This document shows positions 33,293 through 33,835 of a stretch of 33,835 nucleotides of DNA, piece by piece (within the stretch, counting starts at the first letter, position 1; every line of letters begins with the position of its first letter). This DNA comes from Candidatus Niyogibacteria bacterium RIFCSPLOWO2_01_FULL_45_48. Lineage in GTDB: Bacteria > Patescibacteriota > Minisyncoccia > HO2-45-28. Made by a program: the position numbers and the translations under genes. The stretch covers positions 1-33,835 of the forward strand of contig MHMQ01000015.1 of NCBI GenBank assembly GCA_001819395.1, read 5' to 3'. The notes under the pieces were generated by a model. It saw nothing but the letters and a program-made list of their open reading frames with translations. It made no database searches and was not told the origin of the DNA.

Positions 33293-33835
33293 TTAGCTTC
33301 TGCGAATCATTTTAATAAAAACGTCGTGAGGGATATCCACACGCCCGAATTCTTTAAGGCGTTTTTTTCCTTTTTTTTGCTTTTGCCACAGCTTCATCTT
33401 ACGCGTTCTGTCTCCGCCGTACAGGTAACCGGTAACGTCTTTTTTAAGCGCGGGCAGAGTCCGCGAAGAAATAATGCGTCCGAGAGCGGAGGCCTGGATT
33501 TTCATGGCGAAAAGCTCCCGAGGCAAAATAGAGTACAGCTTTTCAACCGCGTCTTTGGCCTCGCGCTCCGCCCGGGAACGCGAAACCACTCGGCTGAAAG
33601 CCGGAACCCTGTCGTTATGAACCAATATGTCCATTCGCACGACATCGGCGTCTCTATATGCGCCGAGCTCATAAGAAAACGAGGCGTAACCCGAGGTCGC
33701 GCTTTTCAATTCGTCAAAAAAATCGCGCATAAGTTCGCGAAGCGGCATCTCGGCCTGTATAATGATCCTGTCCTCGCCAAAAGAATCGGAGCCGGAAACC
33801 GAACCTTCGTGCAGCTGAATTAGTTTAAGGCAGGA
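33293..33835 (-). CDS. lepA: Elongation factor 4 (LepA), C-terminal fragment. Gene continues beyond window end.
   Basis: SGYASFSYELGAYRDADVVRMDILVHNDRVPAFS...LYGGDRTRKMKLWQKQKKGKKRLKEFGRVDIPHDVFIKMI matches the conserved LepA C-terminal domain. Confidence 0.85.
   Translation of the reverse strand, partial: SCLKLIQLHEGSVSGSDSFGEDRIIIQAEMPLRELMRDFFDELKSATSGYASFSYELGAYRDADVVRMDILVHNDRVPAFSRVVSRSRAEREAKDAVEKLYSILPRELFAMKIQASALGRIISSRTLPALKKDVTGYLYGGDRTRKMKLWQKQKKGKKRLKEFGRVDIPHDVFIKMIRRS

Noticed and set aside
1-33835. CRISPR arrays, rRNA genes, integrases or prophage structural genes
   Set aside because: None seen. The only direct repeats are the short tandem 14-mers at 23671-23698 and the REP palindromes. 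No repeat-spacer periodicity is present.

Overview
The window looks like a compact bacterial chromosome segment with mostly short intergenic gaps, mixed strands, a few strong SD sites, and intrinsic terminators after most units. The gene content (very large secreted surface proteins, many small membrane proteins of unknown function, a reduced RF2) is compatible with a Patescibacteria/CPR-like organism. That lineage call is inference only. Standard genetic code appears to be in use, since several very long ORFs are uninterrupted.

Main content, left to right:
- A very large minus-strand gene runs off the window start (1-3948). It is not in the ORF track because it has no in-window stop. By manual translation it encodes a phospholipase-C-like zinc domain, a lamin-tail domain and beta-helix repeats.
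- An IS200-like HuH/Y1 transposase of the REP-associated (RAYT) type, flanked by inverted REP-like hairpins built on AAGAGC-NNN-GCTCTT. Further copies of the same palindrome sit in-frame inside coding sequences, where they encode K-S-T-A-L.
- A 1240-aa surface protein with a peptidoglycan-binding domain, preceded by a roughly 345-nt leader driven by a near-consensus promoter.
- A flotillin-like SPFH protein.
- A Pif1-family helicase plus an ATP-dependent DNA ligase operon, then a PNPOx-like protein, MsrB, an unusual dCMP/cytidine-deaminase-domain fusion protein, and a DedA-like protein.
- An orphan GC-rich transcript of about 370 nt with a perfect TTGACA-17-TATAAT promoter and an intrinsic terminator. 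It matches no RNA family I could recognise by eye.
- tRNA-Gln(CUG), a small GIY-YIG nuclease, and two ABC-transporter gene pairs (permease-ATPase, then ATPase-permease).
- A histidine phosphatase, a GrpB-like nucleotidyltransferase, a DNPH1-like protein, a GH18 hydrolase with a PG-binding domain, DUF378 and DUF3105 proteins.
- prfB-ftsE-ftsX, tRNA-Thr(CGU), an ABC substrate-binding protein, tRNA-Gly(CCC), an FtsB/DivIC-like protein, and the 3' end of lepA.

No CRISPR array and no rRNA genes were seen.
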